A DNA stretch of 63,972 nucleotides, the filler included, from Choristocarpus tenellus KU-1152 (taxonomy: Eukaryota; Protista; Phaeophyceae), in assembly GCA_964200185.2 (NCBI GenBank). It is 10 parts of 10 records of this genome, joined end to end, with 100 filler letters (N's around TTAATTAATTAA, not from the genome) between each part and the next. Parts side by side here need not be neighbours in the genome. Positions count along the whole stretch, not along the records: positions 36,583 to 49,103 come from CAXNAD020001812.1; positions 49,204 to 53,593 come from CAXNAD020014776.1; 8 more parts are not named here. One strand, given 5' to 3'. Under the pieces are notes generated by a model. That model made no database searches, had not been told where the DNA came from, and saw nothing but the letters and a program-made list of their open reading frames with translations. A program made the translations under genes and the position numbers. Of the stretch, positions 40,801-51,480 are shown piece by piece; the first letter of the stretch is position 1; the number at the start of each line of letters is the position of its first letter.

Positions 40801-42451
40801 ACAAGGAGATGGGGGGATGGATGGATGGATGGATGACGTAAGAAATTTTCCTTTTTTTTTTTTCTTTCTCAGTTTCTGAAACATTGCACTTGTGCTGTTT
40901 TTCTATCATTTACTTCTTTCTTGCGACAAGATTTGAATCTTGACATTACTTCTAAAATTGTGCAAATACTACCTTCAAATTGAGACTGAAAAGGGGTCTG
41001 GGCTATAGGTGAAGGAACACAGCAAAAATGCTTCTATCAGGAATTGGATGTCTACCACCATGAACTTGCCGTAAGGTCAGTGAAGAAGCCACAGTCTCTC
41101 GAAGCACTTGTCCCATGGAAACGCCGCACTTTGTTCATTGTGCCAGTGTATGCTTTGTGCCTTTCTTCAACATCATCCTGCACCTGCCACCATCCATGTT
41201 GTCAGTGTTATGTGAGGTGTCAAGGATATAGTTTCATAACCCTGGGAGGTTGGGGTTGAGACCATGGCTGCTCCTCCAAGTCTGCTCGATGCAGTGTGGG
41301 ATTACCATGCCTTTTGAAAGAAAACATGCAAGGGTCCACCAACCTATCCCTTTGTAATTACTTCTGACACAATGAAGTACACAGAAGTCGTATGGGAGTG
41401 CACAATAAAAATACTGATATTATAGGGAGAGGGACTCGATCCTGCTATCAAACGACTGAGTATTAAATTTCAAATTGGCAGGTACCATCATCAAGGTGAC
41501 ACGAGGACATATTTCCACGACTAACCTGGATCTTAAAAACCCTTTCCACTGTAGGAACGGGGACATCTTTCTTGCCCCATTTTGAGATGAATTGATTCCG
41601 TACACTGATGAAGGCCTTGTGCGAAGGAAGGAGGAGGCTCAGCGAGAAGTTGGAAGTACCGCCAGTGCTCCCGTAAAAGACGCGATCTATAAACCCCCCT
41701 TCTTTGGCGTGACCCCGGCTGCAGTATGGGGACTCCTAGAGATGGAAATGCGCAAGAAAAAAAAGGACAATTATCCCCCTTGCCTTGCTGGCATTGTTAC
41801 CAGCTGTTACTCTGCTGAATCTGCTGAGACGCAACTTTGACTTTCAAGGACCAGACATACCTCTCCAGTGTTTGGGTCATGACATCTTGATTTTGTACAA
41901 CCCGAGAGTGCACATGTGCCTTTAACAGGTTGTTGAACTCCGGTCATTTCACTTGCGTGCGACCTGCAGCAAAACTGATGACATCGTCCGCTTGCCTCCA
42001 CATGGACCTCATTGAAACAGCCAGGGAGCTGGCAAACCTGCAACTGGGGTCGTATGAACTATACCTGTTAGTACAACATAGACATGAACGTCCCAGAGGC
42101 GGCGTCTTCAGGGATGACAAGAAGGAGGAGTGAGACGGTGATATCAATTCATAAAACACAGGATATATTAACATGATCGAAGCTGCAACTCCTTCCTTTT
42201 CCTATGACTAGTTTTGATCCAACAATCGAAAATATGCAGAATCCATCCAGGCAGGGTCTAGTTTTGAGCTGCATAAGATGAGGGCAACCGTCGACAAAAG
42301 ATCATACATGGGTCCCATGGGCAGGAGCCCGACCTCCTCTACCAGTGGCCTCGTATGCATGAGTTTTTCCGCAGTAAGCATGCCCTTCGTAGCATGGTCT
42401 TTCACAGCCATGAAGACCGCAAGTGGGTGTCATCACGCTTCTCCCAGCCAT
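37802..42451 (-). CDS. PARP-like (H-Y-E) ADP-ribosyltransferase with three N-terminal Cx4C...Cx3H putative zinc-binding motifs, 347 aa
   Basis: Manual splice: complement(join(37802..37891,38682..38813,40612..40788,41070..41183,41526..41735,41861..42037,42308..42451)) = 1044 nt, open from ATG to TGA. Five GT-AG introns and one GC-AG intron. Catalytic motifs: RRFHGT (H), RYGKGLYFSSVSGKSNDY (Y), MFMCTVVSGK, PPQGYDSVVGE, LNYDEVVVYKEEAAIPTYMVVY (E). N-terminal motifs: CGLHGC..YCGKTHA, CQLPGC..FCCRSHA, CALSGC..YCSRGHA. Confidence 0.9.
38333..38560 (+). mobile_element. MITE family A, diverged, inside the last intron of the PARP-like gene
   Basis: GTCCGTTTGGGGTCCAAAATCCAATG...GGAAGCCAAGCCCCAAACAGACAAACAGGGCAAAATT. 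Confidence 0.75.
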
Positions 42452-42601
42452 GTGGCTTCACAATTGCAATGTACCTTATCCAGTTGCGAAAGTGGAGAAG
42501 AGATATTCGTTGGGAAGAAGGTGAATGTGAGATGTAGCATCAATAGTACAATGGCTTGCTTAGTAGTAGGCAAATATATCCATCCATAAAAGGATAAAAA
42601 A
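42452..42601. promoter_or_regulatory. putative compact bidirectional promoter and 5' UTRs between the PARP-like and NADAR genes
   Basis: Only 150 bp separate the two divergent ATGs. No specific motif identified, so this is inferred from geometry. Confidence 0.5.
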
Positions 42602-44564
42602 ATGTCTATACCAAATCCCCAGACAAGATGGTCTCAAATGAAGTCATCGATGAGATCCACATGTAGGTGTAGGTTACAAGGCTGTGACAAAAAGGCATAC
42701 GTCGAGATAAGCGGTCGTGAGCACAACTTCTGCTGTCATTCTCACGCACGTGAGTTTGAAGGCAAAAAAGTGCGAAGGGGAAAGAGGTCGACAAGGAATG
42801 AAGCATCAAGCCCCCAATTATTAATAGATCAAGATACGGAGAAGGCAAGTCGTGTGGAATCAAGAGTTTTCTACCCAGGAGTAGGACAAGGGATAAGCAC
42901 ATTTCTTCAGAAGAGAGTGATGGAGGTCGGTCGTAAGAGAGGGAAACAAGAGCCGAGGACGGGGGGTAATAGAGCTGCCAGGCTGGAGACTATCAGGCAG
43001 CACGAAGAAGTCTTGGATGGTACAGGGGTTGTGGAGACGAATGATATGGTTCTTTTCTGGAAACCACCTGCACCCTTTGTGCAGTGGACTCCTTCTCCTT
43101 TCTACGTCAATGGGGTGAGTACGAGTTCATTACACAAACGTCCCAGTATCAAAGGGGTTTCCGTTGCATCTCATCTTCCAACACCTAATGAAAAGTATTA
43201 TCTTTCACACCGGCGTTGATCTCTCTCAGTCACCTGCGTGAATTACATCATACTTGTTGGGTTAAATTTTAAAACAAGCCACCATCTTCTACAACTTTAA
43301 CAGTTTGTCCTTCACGTTCACGGACGGTGGGTGCTATAGCTGCGTTGCAGGTGGCCACAGTTGTTGATCTGATACCCCGCACTTTTTTTCGAGGGTAGGC
43401 TTGTAGGGTCGTCTAGCCCCCCTCCGTTTGACTTAACCGATGGGTTACATCTGATGAATAGTTATTCGTCTGTAGGACCTTGCATGTTGTGTCCACTGTC
43501 CTACACCAAACGAGTTGTTTTTTCCGTTCTCATAGCTGTACTTCATTTGTACTTGCCTTGTATTTGTGCGGTAGCAAGTCCCTGACAGGTCTGTGAAGGT
43601 GTCGTTACCCTGCCCTGCACGATTCCATCACCTCTCATTCCCCCACCCCGCAACTCGGCCAGGTGAAGTATTCGTGTGCCGAGCAATTCATGATGGCCAG
43701 CAAAGCAAGGTTGTTCGAGGACAGCACTACCCTTCGGGCGATTATGAGGACAGACAATCCTGAAGGGCAGAAAGCTCTTGGACGGCAAGTGGCCCATTTT
43801 GATAATAGGTTGTGGGAGAAATAACGGGAGCGTATGGTCAAGGTGGGGAACTACAACAAATTTACACAGAATCGTGACCTTCAGAGGCAGCTCCTTGACA
43901 CCAACCAAAAGGTAAGAGAGCATCTGGCTGAAACTGTTTGTAAGTGTGTTGTCCAATGACAGGAGTGCTAAAGATGGTCTCGGTCACACCCTTGATATAG
44001 AGTGGGTTGCTACTGCCATGTTCTAATACATTCAATCTCTCAGGGGTGCAACCAAATTCCATCCAATGATGTAGGCCATTTTCGGCGGACTGATACTCAG
44101 TGTGTCTCCTGCAGCATGCTAAGCAAATCGGGCTCCACATTGGCTCCAAAGATCCTGCCCATATTGTATGACTCATGGTTGGAGACTGTTACGGTCTTGT
44201 GCCCCTGCCTTCCTGACCCTCTTGGCCACCTCAGATTCTCGTGGAAGCAAGCCCCTTCGATAAGGTGTGGGGCATTGGCTTGAGCGCCGACAACCCTGCC
44301 TCCAGAGATATGAGGCAATGGAAAGGTGAAAACAAGCTGGGTAAAGCACTCATGGCAGTTCGTGAACAGATAATATTTGAAAATAAGCAAAACAGAAGGC
44401 CTTCGACGTCTAGTGCACCTGCTGGAGGAGGCATGGATAATGGCCAGGGTGTACGAAATTTGCAAATGGGGGGTAAGTTGGATGGTAACCATGGTGAGGG
44501 ATGGAAGAGGCAAAGTGGGAAAAAACATTTTTTTTCTCTTTCTGTCAGTTTTCCATTGTGGTAA
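42602..44564 (+). CDS. NADAR/YbiA (DUF1768) family hydrolase with an N-terminal Cys/His motif; one in-frame TAA (possible pseudogene, allele or sequencing error)
   Basis: join(42602..43114,43663..43911,44235..44564), GT-AG introns. NADAR motifs: VLFW..PFVQWTPSPFYVNG|VKYSCAEQFMMASKARLF, QKALGRQVAHFD..W, NYNKFTQNRDLQRQLLDT, ILVEASPFDKVWGIG, WKGENKLGKALMAVRE. TAA at 43822..43824 in exon 2. The start ATG and the C-terminal tail are less certain. Confidence 0.88.
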
Positions 44565-47500
44565 AGCCCATAGGAAGAGTTTCATTAGATGTTGGAGCAG
44601 CTTCGTGACCATTCTCACTTGTGCTAAGCAGTTAAAATAAGGCCATCCTTAGGGATGGTCCACCATTTGATCTTGAAATTCCTGATTCATGGCAAGTAAG
44701 AAATTGGACGTGGGTAGCAGGATATGATGCTATGGAACTTACCATGAACTGTGTAAGTATTTCAACTCATGATTCACTTCTTGTGTCGCGATATAATAAC
44801 ATACACCACCGGCCTACTGTTTTTGCTTCTTGTATATGCGGGTTTGTATAGTTGTTGTGAACTGGGCTGGTTAGATGAGTGGTAATAGAAATGTTGTGTG
44901 TGCAATGTTGAGACCATGTTGGGAAATGAATTGCGGTTGTTTCTTGTTCTATTGATAGGAGGATTCACACACTTGTAGAAATGAGGTGTAAGTTCTCCAG
45001 TATTGGTCGGAAAGGCTAGAGACTGTCCATGTAGATTTAAGTGTGAGGGAGGGGGGGCTTATAGGTAATAAATAGGAGTGAAGGAAACTGATGGCAGTTT
45101 CTTCCTGCTCAGTGACACACACCCTGCGCCCGCAATACAGTTCCAAGGAATTATCCTTGCAAATCCAAGTTCATTGGAGATCCCCCACTAGAAATGCGCC
45201 TGAGTACAATGAAGCCAATGACTGCTATCGTTCTTTCATTTCCGACTCCATCTCCAATACCCGTTAGAAGTTGAGCATGTTTGCCTTCTGTTACTACTAT
45301 TGCTGTGCAGAATACCCTCTCACATATCTGCTCCTACTCCTGCACCTGCTGTAGGTATTAGCTATTACCTTGGGGTAAAGGTATTTTGGCAACCCATGTC
45401 ACAGTGGTAATCATAAGAATTGTACAATCCTCACCCCCACATCTTTGAGCAAAGGTGCTCTTGCAATCTGATAGAGGTATAGTGCCTACGTGTTGTTGAT
45501 GACATGACCTTCCAATATGCAGTCCTTTTGTACTTTACGAAGTGTATTGATCTGTGCTTAACTAAATGCCATCAATGAACAGATTTTAATGTGGTATCAT
45601 AAGAGCTCTGTTGTACGCAAGATGGATAGCTCAACAAATTATTGCCTCTCCTTGTCATTGTCGCTGTAAATGTTACTGTGACACCGTTTCCAAATTATAA
45701 AGCGGTTTTGACTTATTTAGCAACTCCAGTGCATCCAATCACCTCAGTTGATCAGTGCAAAAGGAGGTGCATTTCTTTATATATGGATATGTGTAAACCA
45801 GGCAGGCACATTTCAAATTCTCACCCTTTGAAAGTTCCTAGGTGGTATTGCTAGTTCGTACTTGGGACATAAGTTCTGTTACAGTGTCTTTTATTTGAGC
45901 TGTGGGTAGGGACAGCTTGCAAGTAAGAGGAGGGCATTTTGCTCTCCTCAGCAAACAAGTTAATGCCTTTGGAGACAGTCTACTGGGAGCACAAACCTTG
46001 GACCTGGCTTCTGTTGATCGATCCGAAAAATATTTATTGTGGGAATTGAGCATCTCTGCGCGTGCAGTGATGCCCCACCCCAACCTTTCTAATGAAAGGA
46101 TTTCAGCACAGTTGTACATTTTTCCAATTTGTGTTTATGATTCATGTAAGATGCAGTCAATAACATGTGTTTTACGACAACTGCAATACATACTGAATAC
46201 ATACATTGTGTATGTGCTCTATGTGTTCCAAATGTTTCGGGTGCGAGTAAATAAAAAGCCTTTAAGACACAAATACTTCTGAAATCCTTGTGCTACACAG
46301 CATGTCCCTACAAGATTGTGGCTTTCCATGACCAGGCAGTGTACTTTTAAAGATTTTGAGTGCATGTTGGATTTTTTGTAGATGTCAAAGTTACTGCGTA
46401 TGTCACATCTGCAATTGAATCGTGATTTTATGTACCTGACTGGGGGTCAAAGCAATTAAGGGGTAGGCAGGTTTGGACCCTTTTGCATTCTAAGTCATCT
46501 TTCCTTGTGCACAGTGTTGTATGCAAAATTGTCACTCCCACTTTGCCCCTGCAAAGTGACACCACAATTGAGCAAATGCTCCTTCTACAAAATGGTGTAT
46601 TTTTACCCTTTCTTGGGATGCTTAGAATACAACACTGCTGACATCTCAATCGATTTGGACTCTGATTAACCAAGAACCTATGTATGGTTGGAGAGGAGGC
46701 TGGGGGGCACCTGTCTTGAAGGTACACATGGAATACATAGAGGAAGTTGGATAAAAAGCTGTGCAGAGGATTGGTGTTACCAAATGATGAGTAGATCATA
46801 AATGTATTTGAACATGGACTTGGAGGAGTAGATGAGTTTGGTTGTGGCCTCCTCACCCAACTTTCACTATCTTGATGTGTTTAACCATGGTGCTCATTTC
46901 CACCATTCTTACGTAGCTTGATCTCAGTGCTGACTCTGGGAATCGTACCACACTCCCTTTTCTTGAACCATGCGCAGTGGCGACATTCACTTTCTACGAA
47001 TACAAGTGTTAGTTTATTCTTTTCTAAATGAGCTAACTGAAGTGCATCCACAAAGCCCTACCAGCTGGATCTTTTGTGTTGCAATGCCAACCCTCTCTTA
47101 ACACCGTTTGGAACACAATTGGAGATTTCTTTGTGTGATAATGCATGCAAATTCCTACCCTTCTACCTTATATGTAGATTGACGAAACTCTTAAAAGAAG
47201 AAAATTCTCGAGTAAGTGTTAGAAGTGTATAAATTACAAAAAATATGTATTGAACCCTCAACGGTCGTATTTCTCTGGAGTGTTTGGCTACATTTGACCT
47301 ATGACATCCGTTATTCATTGCAATTTCACCTTGGAAAACAAAACGCTCAACGTTATCATTTCCCTATAATGCTCGGCGGTATTCGAACTACAACGTTAAC
47401 TGTTGATTACGATGTCCACCAGTTTTCTCTAGTACTCACAATATCCGTTACTAGGAGGACAAGGTCCTGGAGTCGGTTGATCAAAAATGCCTATTGTATA

Positions 47501-47943
47501 ACACAAAGGCTTTCGCATAACGCCCGTTGTCAAGGTTTGGTGCACTTTGCTTCTTACCAACACTTCTTCAGGAAACACTTGACATCGTTTGGTTCAAATA
47601 GATGTTTCACAAAGGGGTGCAATTACGTACATATATATTCTTCCATCTACAACTTTGATTTTTCTAGGAAGGGAATCCATAAATTCTTAGTTCACCCAGA
47701 AACAGGTGTTTGGGGAAGAATATGGTGCGTCATTTGAATTTCTTGTGAACATGTTTAAGAGACGTGCGGGTATACGGACCACCAAACGAAATCTATCTCA
47801 CTGATGGCTACAGTTTAAGATGAATAAAACTAGATGTGGTTGAACCATATCCCACATGAAACCGTCTACGTCATCTCTAAATGGGTAACAAATCAGGCAC
47901 CAGCTTAAAACGAGTCATCAACAAGGTAGGATGGGGGAGGTGG

Positions 47944-48200
47944 GAGTCAAAGCAAGCGAGAGGTGCCCAGGTTTTGGACGTTTTTCATTTTAAACCAGTT
48001 TTTTCATCTTTTGCAATTCACCCATATTTGTATGGATGAACTGCCAAGTTTGACTGGAGAGTGTTGATTTCTCTGTTGATTGAGACTTTCAACAGAATTC
48101 AGAAAGCTTCCTATTTGAATTTGTTAAAAAGGCGAAGTTTGCACCTATTTGTCAACCTCCTTAAAATGCTACCCTCAGTACCTCTCGCATACTTTGACTC
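47944..48200. mobile_element. MITE family C
   Basis: GAGTCAAAGCAAGCGAGAGGT...ACCTCTCGCATACTTTGACTC. Confidence 0.8.
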
Positions 48201-49203
48201 TGAACGTGGAAGTTGAAGGATTGGTGATACAGTTTTGAATCATATACGGATGTCAAGTTCGACATAGATTATGGAACATATCTGCATGTAGTACCTTCAT
48301 TGTGGAGTATTTGATTGGTTTTAAAGGGTTGGGTGTTTGGAAAATCATCTTGTTGAAGATGTGGTTAGAGGACATATTTGATCGAGTAAGTGAAGGTAGA
48401 AGAGTACAATGCTGAAGGTTACGCGTTGTCTTTTTCCTTGTATGGCACGTGTTGTTGACGTAGCGTCGTTGAACTGGATGGTCGTCTGCATTTATTTGTT
48501 GTACAGGTTCATTGCAGCAAGCGGCAAACGACACTCCAGGAGTCAACATTCGACACATGAACCATTTGATCACCTCATGTGCAAGCAGGGAAAATATCTG
48601 ACTTGGTGAAGTTGTTACCAAGAAAAGGGGGGAGGATGTAAGCATGAAGCACACTCACTCTTGTAACCACGGAAACCACTATTAACGCTGTGGAATTACG
48701 GCTTGATCAGGGCCGGAAGAAACAAGATTCCCTAGAGGTGGGGATACAAGAAAGTGAACGGACTCCTAAATTCCCTTTTTGGACTTCCTGAAAAGGATTC
48801 CTCATGCGTTGCTGGAGGTTAGTAATTTAGTAACCTGTCAAGAATTGGAGGTTTGTGGACAAAGAGTTTATTATGAAAGATAATTACTGTAATGATTGTT
48901 ATATTGATACAAATATTTACGAAGACACTTGAATTTCTTGTGTTCCCCTCATCGATCAAAATATTGTTGTGAAACGATCCGCCTTCAGCTAATACAAGTA
49001 TTACATTTGAACTGATATTTATGCGAATCGCGTGATTCTGTGGCGGCGTGGTTCACTCAGGCAAGGGTGGTGAAGAGAATCACCAGGCAAGATGGTCCAG
49101 ACGNNNNNNNNNNNNNNNNNNNNNNNNNNNNNNNNNNNNNNNNNNNNTTAATTAATTAANNNNNNNNNNNNNNNNNNNNNNNNNNNNNNNNNNNNNNNNN
49201 NNN

Positions 49204-49242
<39 letters not shown>

Positions 49243-51231
49243 AGATACTTTAAACCAGTACCAATACCAACGATATGACATGGAAAGAAAGTTACAGAAA
49301 ATGCAAATTTTGAATTGAAAAGTGAAGATATCACGCAGCTCGCTGTCTTGCGGATTATGGCACGACAAAGACCACAGCAAACTACCCACGCACAGTAGCC
49401 CAATATTTTTGTTTGAAGGTTCATATAATCACATAATAATCACACCCACAAGGCGTTGTACGCCTCAGAGAAACAACGTGAAGAAAATACGAAATAGTTG
49501 AAGTACTAGAGTAATACGACCAACAGGACACCCAGTGAGACCTTCCTTGATGCCTCGGTGCACATATGTTGCATGGAATGTAGACTATTATACATAAAAC
49601 ATGTACGAATTACTATTCGTATGCATACATGGTACAGTGTTATTTAACCACTCATTGCTACCTATGAATAAGTGATACTCAATCCTCCTAATAATGGGCC
49701 AAAGTAAACGGGATTTACTTGCATTTTAAGGATACTGCCAAAAAATGTTCAAAATTTGGCTTTTTATACGGTTGTGTGTAGAATATTATCTTAATTCTGT
49801 CGAAAGTTTTCAAAGAGTGTGTCAAGATTATGCTTGAACACCTGTGAGAATTAGATTCGAAGTAATATTTTATGTACGCAAAGACGATGATGCGGGACAT
49901 TAAGGTATTTAGGCGGGGTAGTTGACCAGAAGCAATTGGCGGAATGTTAGAGTCGGAGTGAGTTTGAAGTGTGCTAGAGAACTGTTGAGTCATTTGGTAT
50001 TCTGAGTAATTCAATGTATGTAAGGTTTGGCGAGCCCCATCTAGTGATGGTGTCTCACTCTCTTCTCAACTGTGATACAAGGTATTAAACAATACTATAA
50101 CTGGTTGTGTGGGACAACAGATCGTCAAAGACGGTGTTAACATGCTATAGGATAACTTAACACAGTAGAGAAATCAATGCTTTCGAGTGATTCTTAGCTC
50201 TTCATCCATAGAATTATGGATGAATTGCAAGAGATGGAAAAGAACTTTAAATGCAAACGGCCAAACTCTGGGTACCTCTCGTTTACTTAGGCTCACTACT
50301 ACCATACTACTAGTACTCATACTACACAAGAACATGCATTTTGCGTTGTGTAGTAGATAGTGCTCTGTCTAGTAGGTTATTAGTAGTAGTGTGGTACGCG
50401 ACACATCTATCTTCTTCATTTCTTCACTCCTATTTTTTGCATTCCGATCATTGTGGAAGTCTGTTCCCATGTATGTCGTGCAACCTCTTGGGTTGCGAGC
50501 CTGATCATGCTGCTTGTTCGATTAACCAACGATACTCTGGAGTGAAACAATATTTTAGTGTTAATATTTGTTTTGTTGTTTGGAGTCGATTGGGAGAGTT
50601 GCTTGCTCTTTTACTACTTCTCATGTGCACTCACAAGCCTCCTGATGAAGTTTAGCTGTATGTTTTTCAGACTATGGAATGGGGGTGTCAGGCAGAAGAT
50701 CTTGCAAGCCCCCAATACTCTAAAGGGTCTACATCAACCCCGCTCTTGGATACTAGGGCTCGGAGTGCACAAGGCACTCCCCTATCTATACTGGGAGACG
50801 CACCCACTTCACATACATGAACATTAAATCAAATTAGGCGTCCTTCCTCTTTTTTTGTAAATGGTTGATCAAGCGGTTTCTCGTTTGTTATTAACTTCGT
50901 TCTTTTTGGGCAGACAAACAACAATCTCTAGAGAGAGGTAGAAGAAGAGTGTGTTAGACCATAATATCATGTATGGAAGCACAGTAACAGATTATTCCAA
51001 GTGTGTGCCATGACCTACAGAGAATCGCAGAGAGGAAAGAACAGACTGAACAGCAACAGAGTCTCAATCTCCATTAGTTTGAGATGCTCCAACCCATGCA
51101 TTGTAATTATACGAATATAGGAAGAAGGGTAAGCATCAGAAGCAGTGGTTTGGAGGATTTTCATGTGGGGTCTACTCTAGTACCACCCATTCTGTCCACT
51201 CATTCCTTTGCATGCTGATGCCATACCCGTA

Positions 51232-51480
51232 CAGTCAAAAGTAAGCGAGAGGTACCCTAGGGTTGACACTTACGTGCAAACTTCGGGATTTCGTACAAAT
51301 AAATGCGTGTGGGGAATTTTCTATACTCTGTCGAAAAATTGCAAACAGTAGACAAATCAACGCAAAAATCAATTTCAGTCATTTTATTTATACAAGTATG
51401 GGCGAATTGCCAAAGATAAAAAAAAGTGGTTTAAAATGCAAAACAGTCAAAACGTGGGTACCTCTCGTTTACTTTGACTC
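51232..51480. mobile_element. MITE family C
   Basis: CAGTCAAAAGTAAGCGAGAGGTACC...GGTACCTCTCGTTTACTTTGACTC, with flanks CGTA/CATA. A further interrupted copy spans ~49696-50294. Confidence 0.8.

Noticed and set aside
42208-42411. ORF MAVKDHATKG... as the first exon of the ART
   Set aside because: Wrong frame. The overlapping frame from ATG 42451 encodes the Cys/His motif and splices in phase at 42308.
43822-43824. Variant genetic code (TAA/TAG = Gln) to explain the NADAR stop
   Set aside because: No other in-frame TAA or TAG occurs in the reconstructed ART, GLO2 or NADAR exons, where Gln is CAA/CAG. One instance is better explained by mutation or error.
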